Source of the DNA: Lophium mytilinum
Lineage: Eukaryota
Assembly (NCBI GenBank): GCA_010093605.1
Contig: MU004202.1
Span: 321,560-385,559, forward strand
Direction of reading: 5' to 3'
DNA: 64,000 nucleotides
The notes below the pieces were generated by a model. It was not told where the DNA came from, did no database searches, and saw nothing but the letters and a program-made list of their open reading frames with translations. This document shows positions 1-11,481 of the stretch, piece after piece. Each line of letters begins with the position of its first letter. The first letter of the stretch is position 1. Both the position numbers and the translations under genes were made by a program.

Positions 1-3000
1 GTCAAGTGAGCAGCCCGCACGATGCAGCCTCTGGCACTCCTGAAGATCATCTTTCACGATTGCTTCTTCAAGAGACTGTGCTAGGAGATTCGTGTGTTTC
101 CGAGAGATTGAGTTCCTATTGATGAAAGACGAGCCTTCCATATCGAGAGGGAGGTGCTGATCTAGAAGCTTAATCATGTCTTCATCCTTCAAGCCCGAGG
201 CATACATCCTGGGAGTCATAGCAACAGCATCTTGCGAGCTTTCTGCCCCTGATTCGAGGAGAACTTTGACTGTTGCTAGGCTTTTCGTTCGAACTGCTAG
301 ATGCAGGGCGGTACTTCCATCAACGCTTTGCATGGCAAGGTTTGCTCCTCGAACTTGAAGCCGGTGAACAGCGGCTGCTTGATTATGAATTGCGGCGAGG
401 TGCAATGCAGTATAACCGTCTGCATTCGGTACGTTTATGTCTCCTAAGAGGCCTCTGTCAATGTAAAACGCCATAATTTCGTCCAGACCTTGTCCTGCGA
501 TATAATGTAACGGAGTGACGTCTTTCAGCTTTTTTACACTACCCTCAAATTTGATCGAACATGTAAAAGTGCCATTCCATTGAATGGGCGTTCCGGTCTC
601 GTCGGAGTATCGTAATAGCCGTTTCATGAACGATAAGCCACTTTCCGTAAGTGAGGCTTGAACAGGATCGAAGGCACTATTCGCAAGAGGATTTGCTCCC
701 AAGTCGAGCAGTATCTCTGCCGTCTCAAAGGAACCCTTGGATAGATGATGTACCAGAGGTGTGTAACCTGGCTTAAACCTTGCTTCGCCATTAATATTGA
801 TGCCCCGCCTGATAAGCTCTTTCAGGAGCCAGTATGTCCATGCTTTCCTACTATGTTCCGTCTCGATGACCATGTGCAAAAGGCCAAGGCCCAGACCGTG
901 CGGACTGCAATTCTTCAGTTCTTCCCTTACTGAATGTGATAGAAGAGCGAGCAACATCTCCTTAGGGTCTATCTCGTCTGCTATCTCGTCTGTTATCTCG
1001 TCCGATTCCATTAATTTATGGGCAGTGCTGAAATTCTCCACAGCGAACTCCATACTCGACACCCCGTCGACGCGCTGATGAACACTTACGCCATGTTCGA
1101 GAAGTAACTTGACGGTCTCCAGATTGCCGTCTGTAATCGCTGCTTTCAAAAACTCCACCACGGCTAGGGACGTTTTTGCATCCTCCCAATATGAAGACTT
1201 GCATATGATAGTGGATAGTGTGCCGTGGCTAACTACCGTGGTATAACGTCTGGGCTGCTTCTTTCCTATCCCTAACGCAGAGAACAGCGGTATTAAGCCT
1301 GACTGCCTCTTTGTTTCCTCGCACAGCGCCATCTCCAATGCAGAGAATAGTGGTACTAGTCCTGACTGTCGCTTTGTCTCCTCGTACAACGCCATCATTC
1401 CGAGGCGAAGGAGTGTTGAGATAATGCAGTCGAAGTGTGAGTAGAGACCTTTGACCGACTCCCACAGTAACGATCTGATTGGGATCTCTTTGCAACAGAA
1501 TGACCAGACCACTTCCGTATCGGTGTTCTGGGGGGAAAGTGCATCTGGTGTCGCTAGGACGACTAACAGCTCCTGGTTCACTACTTGGTTCCACGTCAAC
1601 TGTTTTTCAATATACATTTCGAGGGGTGTTTGCTCCTGGAAACGAAGTCGGTGAGCATCTGGGTATATGCGTTGCAGAATCTGCGCGCATCCAGGAGTTG
1701 TATAGGAACCGAGCCGATGCAAAGGGGTGAAATGGTCGGTCCCAATTACATCTGGCTCTGCACCAGCCTGTAAAAGGTGCTCGATTACAGTTTCAGAACC
1801 AAACTCAGCTGCCACGGCGAACACAGGGCCATGGTCCTTCCAGAACTGAGACTTTCCAGCGCAGTGGTCTATGATTATGAGCAGTCTCGCAACCGCGTTT
1901 TCATCTCTTTCCTGTTTGAGCGCTACTAGGATGGGAGTGTCTCCGGAAGGCGTTCTCAACAGTAGTGCTTCGGTAGTCTGATCCTGAGGTAACTCGAGGA
2001 GCCTTTTTAGAATGGGGTTCCCAACATACCCCAAGCTGGCACATTTATGCCATAGATTATAACCGCTTGAGTTGGTGGCAAGATGTGAAGCGCCCTTTTC
2101 GAGAAAGAGCTCCAAAGTGTGCGGATTCTTGTGCCAAACGCATTCGTGGATAGGGAAGCCCCCATTGGAATCTCGAGCATTTAGGTCGTAGCCAAAATTT
2201 AGGAGCAGTTGGCTGGCGGATCTGGAATTTTGAAGAGCGGCCATATGCAGCAAGGAACAAACATAATCCGGCCTATCATATGGGCAAAACATGCTCGAAA
2301 CATTCAACTTCCCATCAGCCAAACAAGTTTGTAGACTCTCGGCATCATCTTCAAGCACTGCCGTCAATGCCTTCGAGTGCAAGGCGTCTTCGGCCAAAGC
2401 AAAGTGTGAAATACCGTCAAGGTCCCATCTTAAAGTGAATGAAAGGTAAGAAACAGCTGACTGCGCTATGGACGCGATTTCTCGCCCAATACTCGTCTTA
2501 TATATTGGTGTAGAGATGAGGTGATTGAGAAATTCGTGTAGAGTAGCTTTCATGGCGAACTTGTCCGCCTCAAACAAGTCGACGAAACGCGAATACTTCC
2601 ATGCCTCCATACTGTCACGGAAGCTGGTTACTCCTTTTGGACCTGGCTCTATACCGAGGGACATCAGTCTGGTGGAAGCTGAGAGGTCTAAAAAGACTTG
2701 CGCAAGAAGGAACGACAACTCTAGTAAATTCATCTTTGCTTGCGACCACGAGCAAGTCAGCTGTACTGCCGCGCCGGCATCCACTAAGAGTTTGATCGTT
2801 GTTCCCCTATCTTTTCGTGCTTTGTCTGACGTTACGTGAAACTCTCGGGCCCAGTCATGGTGAACAGCGCACAAATCCTCGACTTCGTCTTCAAGACTGC
2901 AAAAGCCGGCGAGTCCAACCGTGGCAAGCTCGAGTGGGCTTCCCCAGGCACTGTGGTGGTTGAGATCTGATGGATCACCGAGAAGGGAATTGCAAATTCT

Positions 3001-5224
3001 GGGAATGCAGAGGGCAGCAGCTAGATGCAGGGGAGAGAAATCCTTTTCAGTCACGCTACGGACATAAAAGTCAAGCTTCTTCACGTTCGCGCCGGGGGAG
3101 CATGGAAAATCCCATATTCTATCGTCATCGTCCGGATCATGAAAGTGGCGAAGGAACTCAACGCTCCATGCTAAGAAGTAAACGGTTTTGGGCCTTTGGA
3201 ACAGTGAAAGGGCAATTTTGAGGAGAGGACGATTCTCGAAGTGGTTCCTAGCGAACTTCGGCCACAGCACTGCCGCATACTCGTAAAAGGGATGGTCAAG
3301 ATTTCTTTGAGAGATGTATACAGCTTCCTCATTCGATGGCTCGGGATGCCTTCTAAAGGTGTCTAGCTGCAGAAACCTGAGACATTGCGTGGCTAGAAGT
3401 GTGTGGCTGTGTGCTTCTGATAAGAGATAATCCTCCAAAGCTGAGGAGGTCAATAGGTTGGCATCTCTGAGAAACTCTTGTACTGAAAAATGTGAATATT
3501 CGAAATGGTGCCCATTTTCGGATTTACGGATCAGGCTGCTACATCTCCTCGCAATCTCATCTTCTGAAATCAGATTTGACTTGTCTAACGAAACGCCAGG
3601 AGTTTCAGGAGTTGAAACAGCCTGCTGAAGTTGAAGGATGGTCAAAGGCGGTGAAGCAAAAGCGATGAATTGGAGGCACGTGTGTACCAACAACTTTACT
3701 TTTGCGGGACATATGTCGACTCTCTCCAGCAGGCGAAGGTAGGTCTTTGGGAGATCTGGAGGCAGCTCATTCAGGGCCTTGCGTCGGTCTGCGTCATTGA
3801 CGCAATCACAGAGATAGTCGAGCTGGCATGCGACCCATCGAAACCTAGTGGGTTGACAGGTTAGACGTCTTAATGAATTATATACGGCGGGGATAAAGTA
3901 CTCACATTCCTTTGGCGCCCTCGACGAGCTTAGTCAAGATCTCGTCTTTCAGTTCCATACTCGTGATCCGAAGCTGCCGATTTTGAATTCGCCTCTCCAT
4001 CTCCGCTCCAACGTACAACCTGACATCGTCGCTCTTTGCAGCGATGGCAATATGATCGAAGTCTTCTCTGAGCCAGGCCTCAATATTCGCTTCGTGACGA
4101 CTCAACAAAGCCACGGACGTGTTTGGTGTGTAATCAGCAAGTTCGGAGAGAGCTTGTACCACATCATCGGTATTGTCTCCACATTCATCGAGCCCATCTA
4201 CAATGATAATGATTTGTTTGAAGTGCTCCGACATGTCGGTTATCTTGGCTCTCAACTCCCCTGGATCCGGACTCTTTGCGAGATGTCTAGCAGGATGCAG
4301 CTGATCGTAGTAGACCTGCAACTTGCTATATGCGTCTTCGTTCTGTCGGCTAAGTTGAGAAGCTATTGCGCCGAGAATCATGGCAATATCCCAGGTATTC
4401 GGGTTCTTGTAATCACAGAAGAAGAACGCAACACCGACTTCGGGTTGAGAATAACTGCGTGTTAGTGCGTCTTGGATGACAGCACCGGCTAGCACAGTTT
4501 TACCAGCTCCCGGTATACCACTCAACCACAGTTTTGAACCTGGCGTCTCTAGCCAAGTCGTAAATGTTGGTGAACCGGAGAGCCAAAGCCCTGTCATTGG
4601 CTGTCGAAGTTTGACGCTTGTTTCTAGGTTCGGCTGTGGGCTGACCTTCATGAAGAAATCCAGTACGGCGTGCTTGAAGTCGTTCATCGTGATCTGGGTG
4701 TGTATTTCTATCCTTTTAACTGCGTTTTCGATGGAAGATAGAGTCTGGCCGAGCTCCTCCTCCTTTGCTAAGCAGAGCTGGAGCTTTCTCATGGAGTCAA
4801 CAGAAAGCGCCAGGGATATAGTGCTTTTATGTCTGACGAGGTCCTCCAGCAGCTGTTTGGTTTCCCCAGTCGAGAAGGGCCACTTAAGTTGCTGAAGCTT
4901 TTGTTGTGTCTTCGAACCTTTCTCGAACTTCGTGTGTGCTTTCTCCACTCGCTGCTGCAGGCGGCTGAGAGTACTACTCAATGTTCCAAGATGATGCGCT
5001 CGAACAGTAGGGTCGAAGGAAGTCCCTTCTGCTTCCAGTCCGCTTGCCAAAAGGCGGAGGCTCTGTAGAACCCCGGCTAATGCCTGAAGTTCGTCGGCGA
5101 GAGTTTTGACATCTTCCTTGGCATCGATTGCAGATCTTGCGTACTTGAAAACGAGTCTGAAGACAGTGTCTGCCACAGAGATAAGACCGGCAATGCTGCC
5201 AGCGAGAGAAAGTGGATCGGCCAT
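1..5224 (-). CDS. Fungal NLR/STAND protein: HeLo-like/SesA-type N-terminus, NACHT NTPase, ankyrin repeats; 3' end runs off the window. Exon 1 5224-3906, intron 3905-3845, exon 2 3844-<1
   Basis: N-terminus MADPLSLAGSIAGLISVAD is typical of fungal STAND proteins. Walker A GIPGAGKT, Walker B IIIVDGLDE. A 61-nt GTGAG...CTAAC...TAG intron restores GMFRWVACQLD. The exon-2 frame reads as sense where spot-checked (DGSTALHLAV ankyrin motif near 290-320; IVKDDLQECQRLHRAGCSLD at 1-60), and no terminated ORF is listed in that frame. Confidence 0.92.
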
Positions 5225-7149
5225 GTCGCATGCCTTGGCTGTCGTGCCCGTAATCCGATTTCCTCAGCGGATACGAAACTTCCGTCTGGTGGTCGTGAAT
5301 GACAACGTATAGAAAGAGCGCAGTTGGCATGCTGCGGCACAATTCACTGATCTAGACGCCGTAATTGTCCACAGCAAAAAACTTTGGAAGTAGGCTTCAT
5401 TCTGGGACTGCCTAAACCCCAGCCTGATCGACGGATTCAGCCCGAGCTGCCAACACATTTGCACAAGCCACCAAGGCTGCTCACTGGCCCGCCAGAGGCT
5501 GCCTTGGCGCATTCGGGCAGTGCTGGATCTTGCCATTCTTTCCAAGGAACCCGGGTGGTTAGAGCGCAAATTGCGCCGTCGTATCGTGTGTTGGCAGGCT
5601 AAATAGGAGATACCCCAATGATGGGTTTACTAGAGTGTTCTGGTGAGAGTGTTGCCGCGTCGTCGGGGTGGCTCCGGACCGTACAGATTTCTCGTACAGT
5701 GGGTCTCGTACAGTCACGTAATGGGTTTATTGAGTCATGTCTGCGTATACTTTATCCCGCTGCAGCTAATTATATCACACCTGCGTATAGTCTATCACAA
5801 ACTCGAGATTTAAAAAAGCTTACGACAAGCCAGCTACACCAGCAAGGTCCCCTCCAAAGCCTTAAGCTGCTCCAAGCCTTGCGCGATTTCAAGGGCCAAG
5901 AAGGCTAATCCTACTGCGAACGGGAAGGAACAAGCGGCGGCGGCTGTTAAAGTTGCGTACTTGGAGCCTACTCGGGCCTTTCCAGCCCCCCTGCGCAGCA
6001 GGGGGGCCGCCAGCTCACCAGCTTCCTAGCTCACTAGCCGCGAACGCTAAAAATAGTAAATACTATTAGGGCTTAATATATCTAGGGGTTTTAATTCCTA
6101 ATAGTTTATTTATAGCGCGCACCTATTTTCTATATATAATTCTAATTACCTCTTACTTCTTCTAAAGCTTTCTATTTACCTTTTTCTATTATACTTTCTT
6201 AAGTATTAATTTACTCTTTTTAGCTACTATATTCTAAGCGGCGCCGGCCTATAGTAGGCCTATATTCTTAATTTATCTATATAGATTCCTTTTAGAATCT
6301 AATTAGACCTAGCTAGTAGCTATATAGCTAGCTAATTACCTATATATAATATTACCTACTAAGGCTATACTTTAGCTTACCTTTATATACTTAAGTATCT
6401 ACTTCTATTCTTTATTATTATTCTAGGCATTTAAAATTATATTACTAAGATACTTAAGTTCTTAGCTAGATATTAGTATTATAATATTATCTAAATCTTA
6501 GACTAGTAGTATTCTATTTTAGGGTATTATATTCTATATAGGTAGTAAGAATTAATAGAGAAATACTACCTAAAATAGCGCATAATATATTCTATACATA
6601 TTTTTTAATATTCTAGGCACTTCTCTCTATTATTATAGTTAATATTAGAGGTATTATAATAGGGGGGTGGCACGGCTTAGTATAGTTACTAAGCCGGCGG
6701 CCGGCTTAACTAGGTAGTAGTTTAATTAGGTTATTATATATAGAATAAAGATTAATTAATTAGATTAATTAAATTTTTAAATTAAACTATTTAAACTAGA
6801 TTAAAAAATAAGTAAATATAATTACACTTAGTTTAAATAGATAAGATATTAGATTCTACCTATAGAGCTATATAAGTAAACTAATAAAAGCCTATACTAG
6901 AAACCTTAAGTAATATAAGGTTTAATTTATAATTACTTTAACTAAGTTTCTAGTATAGGGAAATATATTAGAAATTATAATACTATAAGCCTCTAGATAA
7001 TATTCTATAATTCTAATATAGAATAACTTAATAACTAGAGAATATATAAATAAGCTAAGTAGTAGAAAATAAGTATAAGAACTAGAAGAATAATCTAACT
7101 AAGTAGAAATAATAATAGACTAAATATAAGGTAAATAAATTCTACTTAA

Positions 7150-9506
7150 AATTAAACGCTCTCTATCTCTATATATAGCTATTAGCGCATATAGACTTCT
7201 TTCTCTATAGTAGTAGCTAATAGCTTACTAGTATCTAGTTTATATATTCTTCTAGTATTACTAAATATCTACTTATTTTCTATAGCTATTATAGGGGCGC
7301 TATAGAGCTTAATAGCTAGCTAGAAGAAAATAGAATACTTAAAGCAGTAATTCTACTACTACTATAGTAGTGCGCTATAGTCCCTATTAAGAGGCTACTT
7401 AAGATAATAATCTAACTTATTCTTTTTTATATTAACTACTAGAGTTCTATATACTAGAAAATAGCTAAAGAAGTCTACTTTTAGTATATTAGCTAGCTCT
7501 AGGGTAATTTCTATTATATTCTATAGAGGTACCCTCTACGCATCTAATATAGAAAGGGTTAATTATATTTAATTTTTATAATTATTCTAGAGGTTTTATA
7601 TAGTATCTTTTATATTCTTCTTTTAGTAATTATAGCCCGCCTATTTATTATTAAAGTACTACATCTTTAATTAAAAATAAAGAATAATAGCTACTTAGTA
7701 TATAGATAGCTTATTAGTAAGGTAGTAGTAATAGCTTAATTTAAGGTAAGTAAAGTTATATATAGAGTTAAAGTAGTTATTCTATAGATAATTAAGGCTA
7801 GTAATATAGGCCTATATCTTCTTTATATACTTAAGAATAAAGTCTATTATAGAAAGAACCTTCTATAGAGTACTATAAGTTCTATTATAAATAGTATTAC
7901 CTTCTAGGTAAATTATAAAGTTATAGAGAGGCTCTAGAAAGGTATTAAAGTTCTTAAGCTCTTTCTAGTTATTATTAGTAATTAGATCTAGGTACTCTAT
8001 ATTTATATAGCGAGAGAGTATAAGGTCTATTATATTATAAAAAGAAAGAGCTATTAAAAAATTAGTATTTTTAATATGGAATTAGTATATAATAGAAGGC
8101 TAGTACTAGATAGCTAACCCCTTTTTACTATTTAGCTAATACTATATTACTATCTAGCCTATCTACCTCTCTATAAACCTTTTACTGCGTTCTAATTAGC
8201 TTAAATAGCTTATAGAAAGGTCCGGCTATTTACTCTATATATATACTATAGCCTTTCTATTTTATTTATAGTCTTTCTATTTTAGTATAGCTATATTTAT
8301 AGCTATCCGCCTACCTATCTATCTATCTAGAAAAATACCTAAACTATTAATTTTATATTTAATAGAGGCCTTTTCTCTATTACTACTAGCCTATAAGTAC
8401 CTATATAGAGTTCTTACTAATAAGATCTTCTATATACTTATTAAACTTCTTATTAGCAGGCTTATAAGCTACTTTATAAGGCTATAGTAGGCCTCTACCC
8501 TTATAGTCTATACTCTAGAGAAGCCGGCCTAGTAAGTAAGCTAATTAAAATATAGTAAAAGGTCTATAAGAAAGTAGATAGACTAGATAGTAATATAGTA
8601 TTAGCTAAATAGTAAAAAGAGGTTAGCTATCTAGTACTAGCCTAATAGAATCTATACGTATAGTAATAAAAAATATTAAGAAAAAAAGTATATAAAGAGC
8701 GCTAAGACCTAGAAATCTAGGCTAAAAATAGATAAGATTTACTCGCCCGGAGGCTTATATAGGTTAAGAATATATACTCTATATAGAAATTTAAAAATAG
8801 TATTAAATCTATACTAAATTAGATAGAAGTTAAATATAGTAAATTATAAAGAGCTATTCTTAAAGAGTATAAAAGAAAAGAATTATAGGTATAAAGAAAG
8901 GGTAATAGATTTTAGATAATAGAAGATATATAGAATAAGGCTATAAGTATAAAAATAAATACTATTTATAGAGCTTAAAATATACCTTATATAAAAATCT
9001 ACTATATTATTAAATTTCTACTAAATTAGACTAGAGTTAGATATAGAAGATTATATAAAGCTATTCTTTAAAACTACTAAAGAAGAGAATAATAGAAGAA
9101 GAAAAAGAGTATTAGGTAGAGGTAATTAGAAAGTATATAGAATAATATAATAAAAAGTCTATTTATATCTAAACTAATTTATATATATATAGTATTCTAC
9201 CTTACTTCTCTATCTAGAAGTACTATATAGAATTAGAAAAAATTATTAAAGCCTATCTTAGAGAATAGATAGGTATTCTAGAGCTTATAGAACTTCTTAT
9301 ACTACTTAGAACTTTATTTAAGCTATATATATATATTATAAAGCCTTCTAATTAAGGCTTTTAACTTCTATAACCTATACTCTTTATCTAGGCCTACGCT
9401 AGCTAGTCTTTTCTTAAATTTACTAATATTATTACTATAAATCGCCGCCTTTACTACTAAGTTAAAGATATAGCTAGAGTAATAGATATAGTAGTAAACT
9501 ATATTA
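7150..9506 (-). pseudogene. hAT transposase relic, C-terminal half (CxxH, RWN, dimerization domain)
   Basis: Minus-strand reading with RIP reversal gives RIRCSGHIFNLVVKAA (~9445-9490), EVRWNT (~9190-9205), DDDWKELENF..FLEPLYDFT..LEG...GALWEVLP.MDFIL (~7830-7990) and WWQNHRFEYP.FFQLAIELYSAPAM.AENER.FS (~7255-7365). Boundaries approximate. Confidence 0.85.
8098..8642. mobile_element. 545-bp MITE with ~60-bp TIRs and 8-bp TSD (hAT-like), nested in the hAT element
   Basis: GGCTAGTACTAGATAGCTAACCCCTTTTTACTATTTAGCTAATACTATATTACTATCTAG at 8098 and its inverted copy ending 8642. TAATAGAA at 8090-8097 and 8643-8650. Confidence 0.9.
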
Positions 9507-11407
9507 TATAGGGGGCTAATATAATATAAGTAAAAAGGTATATTAACTATTATAAAAATCTAAGCTAAGAAGAAGAGAGAGAGCTAGGAGCTCTTAAGAG
9601 GTTGTAGTTTAACACCGGTGTATAGGCTATAGCCTAGCGCCTTAGGCTAGCGTCTTACTTAGGTTATATAAGGGGCGGCATGTAACCTTAGTATATAATT
9701 ATTATAATTCTAGATTTATACTATAATACTACCCCCCTCTTTAAAAGCTAAAGTTCTATAAGGCTTATAATATATTATAGCTTCTCTATTCTTTCTATTC
9801 TATTTCTATTAAGCTATATATATAGCCTTACTATTTATATACTTACTATATCTATTATTTCTATTATTTCTATTATTATATTAATTCTTATATTTATTTT
9901 TAAGCGCTGTAAGTAGGCTATATAAATTAACCTAAGGCCTATTATTAGCTTCTATCTATTAGAGTTCTACTTTAGGTTACCTATATAGAATAGCCTTCTT
10001 ATAAAATAACTTAGCTACCTAATAAGGTTACTATTTATACTTACTTAGGCTAGTACTAAGAATATTCTATAGGCCTACTATTACTATAGTAGTATTTATA
10101 CTTTTACCTATTATCTTTATAACCTTCTATTTAGATATACTAAATATTAAATAAGGTTCTACTTTAAGGCTATACTTATTATAATACTCTATAAGAAGCT
10201 TATTATAGCTATCCGCGTTCTAGTAAGGTTTCTATTTAGGCTAGGTATTATTATAACTGGTCTAGGCTATCTTATATATAAGGTATAGTTTCTTACCTAT
10301 ATATAGATTTAGTTAGCGGCTATTAAATCTAGAATTAAGGACTTTATTAATATAGTACTACTCTATAAAGCTATCTTCTTCTATTTTAAGTATAGGTAGG
10401 GGTTCTAAATATTATCCTAGAAGAGGTAGATTCTTATTAATTTAATAGAGTAGCTATAGGTAGAATACTAGAAAGATTTCTTTTATAGAGTTAGAAAGTT
10501 CTAGCTTATAGGCTATATTATTAATAACTTATATTATATAAAAGGGACTAAGATTCTTATAGTTAAGAGACTTACTTAGCCTTATAGTATAAATATTCTT
10601 AGTATTAAGTATAACTATATTATTAATCTTAAACTTAAAAGCTAGTAGGTGGTTCTAGTTAGCTAGTTTCTTTATCTTAGATTAATTCTAGTATAGTTTA
10701 CCTTTAAGGAACTTATATAAATTATAGATCTATATAATAAGCTTCTTAGTAGTATCTATACCTTATTTCTCTAGGCCTAGTATAATAATTCTATAGAAGA
10801 AAGGTTTAAGGCTACTTCTAGGTATATATTCTTTAGTAGCTTTAAATAGTAACACGCTAGTAGACTAGTTAATATTAGCGTTAGCCTTAAATTTAGTAAA
10901 GATAATAAGGTTTATCTAGTTATCTTATAGGTAATAGATATATACGTGTAGGTACTACTTTAGGCCTATATTAATAATTTTAGTTTATCTATTAGTCTCT
11001 AGATAGGCTATAGTAGATAGCTTTAGATATATTTCTATATACTTATATAGGTACTTCTAAAAGAAGAATATAAACTATATACTATAGTTAGATATAATAT
11101 AGTCTATATTATAGGTAGTAAGGTATAGAGGTATATAGAATAAAAAGTAGAATTATATTATAAAACGTGCTATAAGAAGCTAGAGTATAAAGCTACTTAT
11201 AATCTATCTAGAGAGGCATATTAGTAGCGGAATAATAATATTTCTAGCGAGCATATAATAGCTAGGGAAAGAGGCCTAGATCTATTATACTACCTCCCTC
11301 TTTAAAGAGAAAACCCCCTCCTCTAAATAAGAGTTATATAAACTATAAGATAAAAGTAATTATAGGCTTTAAAGCTATAGAGAGAGTATAAAAACAGCTA
11401 TAATTAA

Positions 11408-11481
11408 AAGGCTAATTATAATAGAAGGGCTAATTATAATAGAAGGGCTAATTATAATAGAAGGGCTAACTATAATAGAAA
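11408..11481. repeat. Four tandem 18-bp units (GGGCTAATTATAATAGAA) near the 3' end of Gypsy B
   Basis: Directly visible tandem repeat. Confidence 0.85.

Noticed and set aside
176..5068. Many short plus-strand ORFs
   Set aside because: Antisense to the NLR coding sequence.
5618..5908. Short ORFs at both nest borders sharing GWLRTVQISRTVG (also 44327-44545)
   Set aside because: They are translations of the outer TIRs, not genes.
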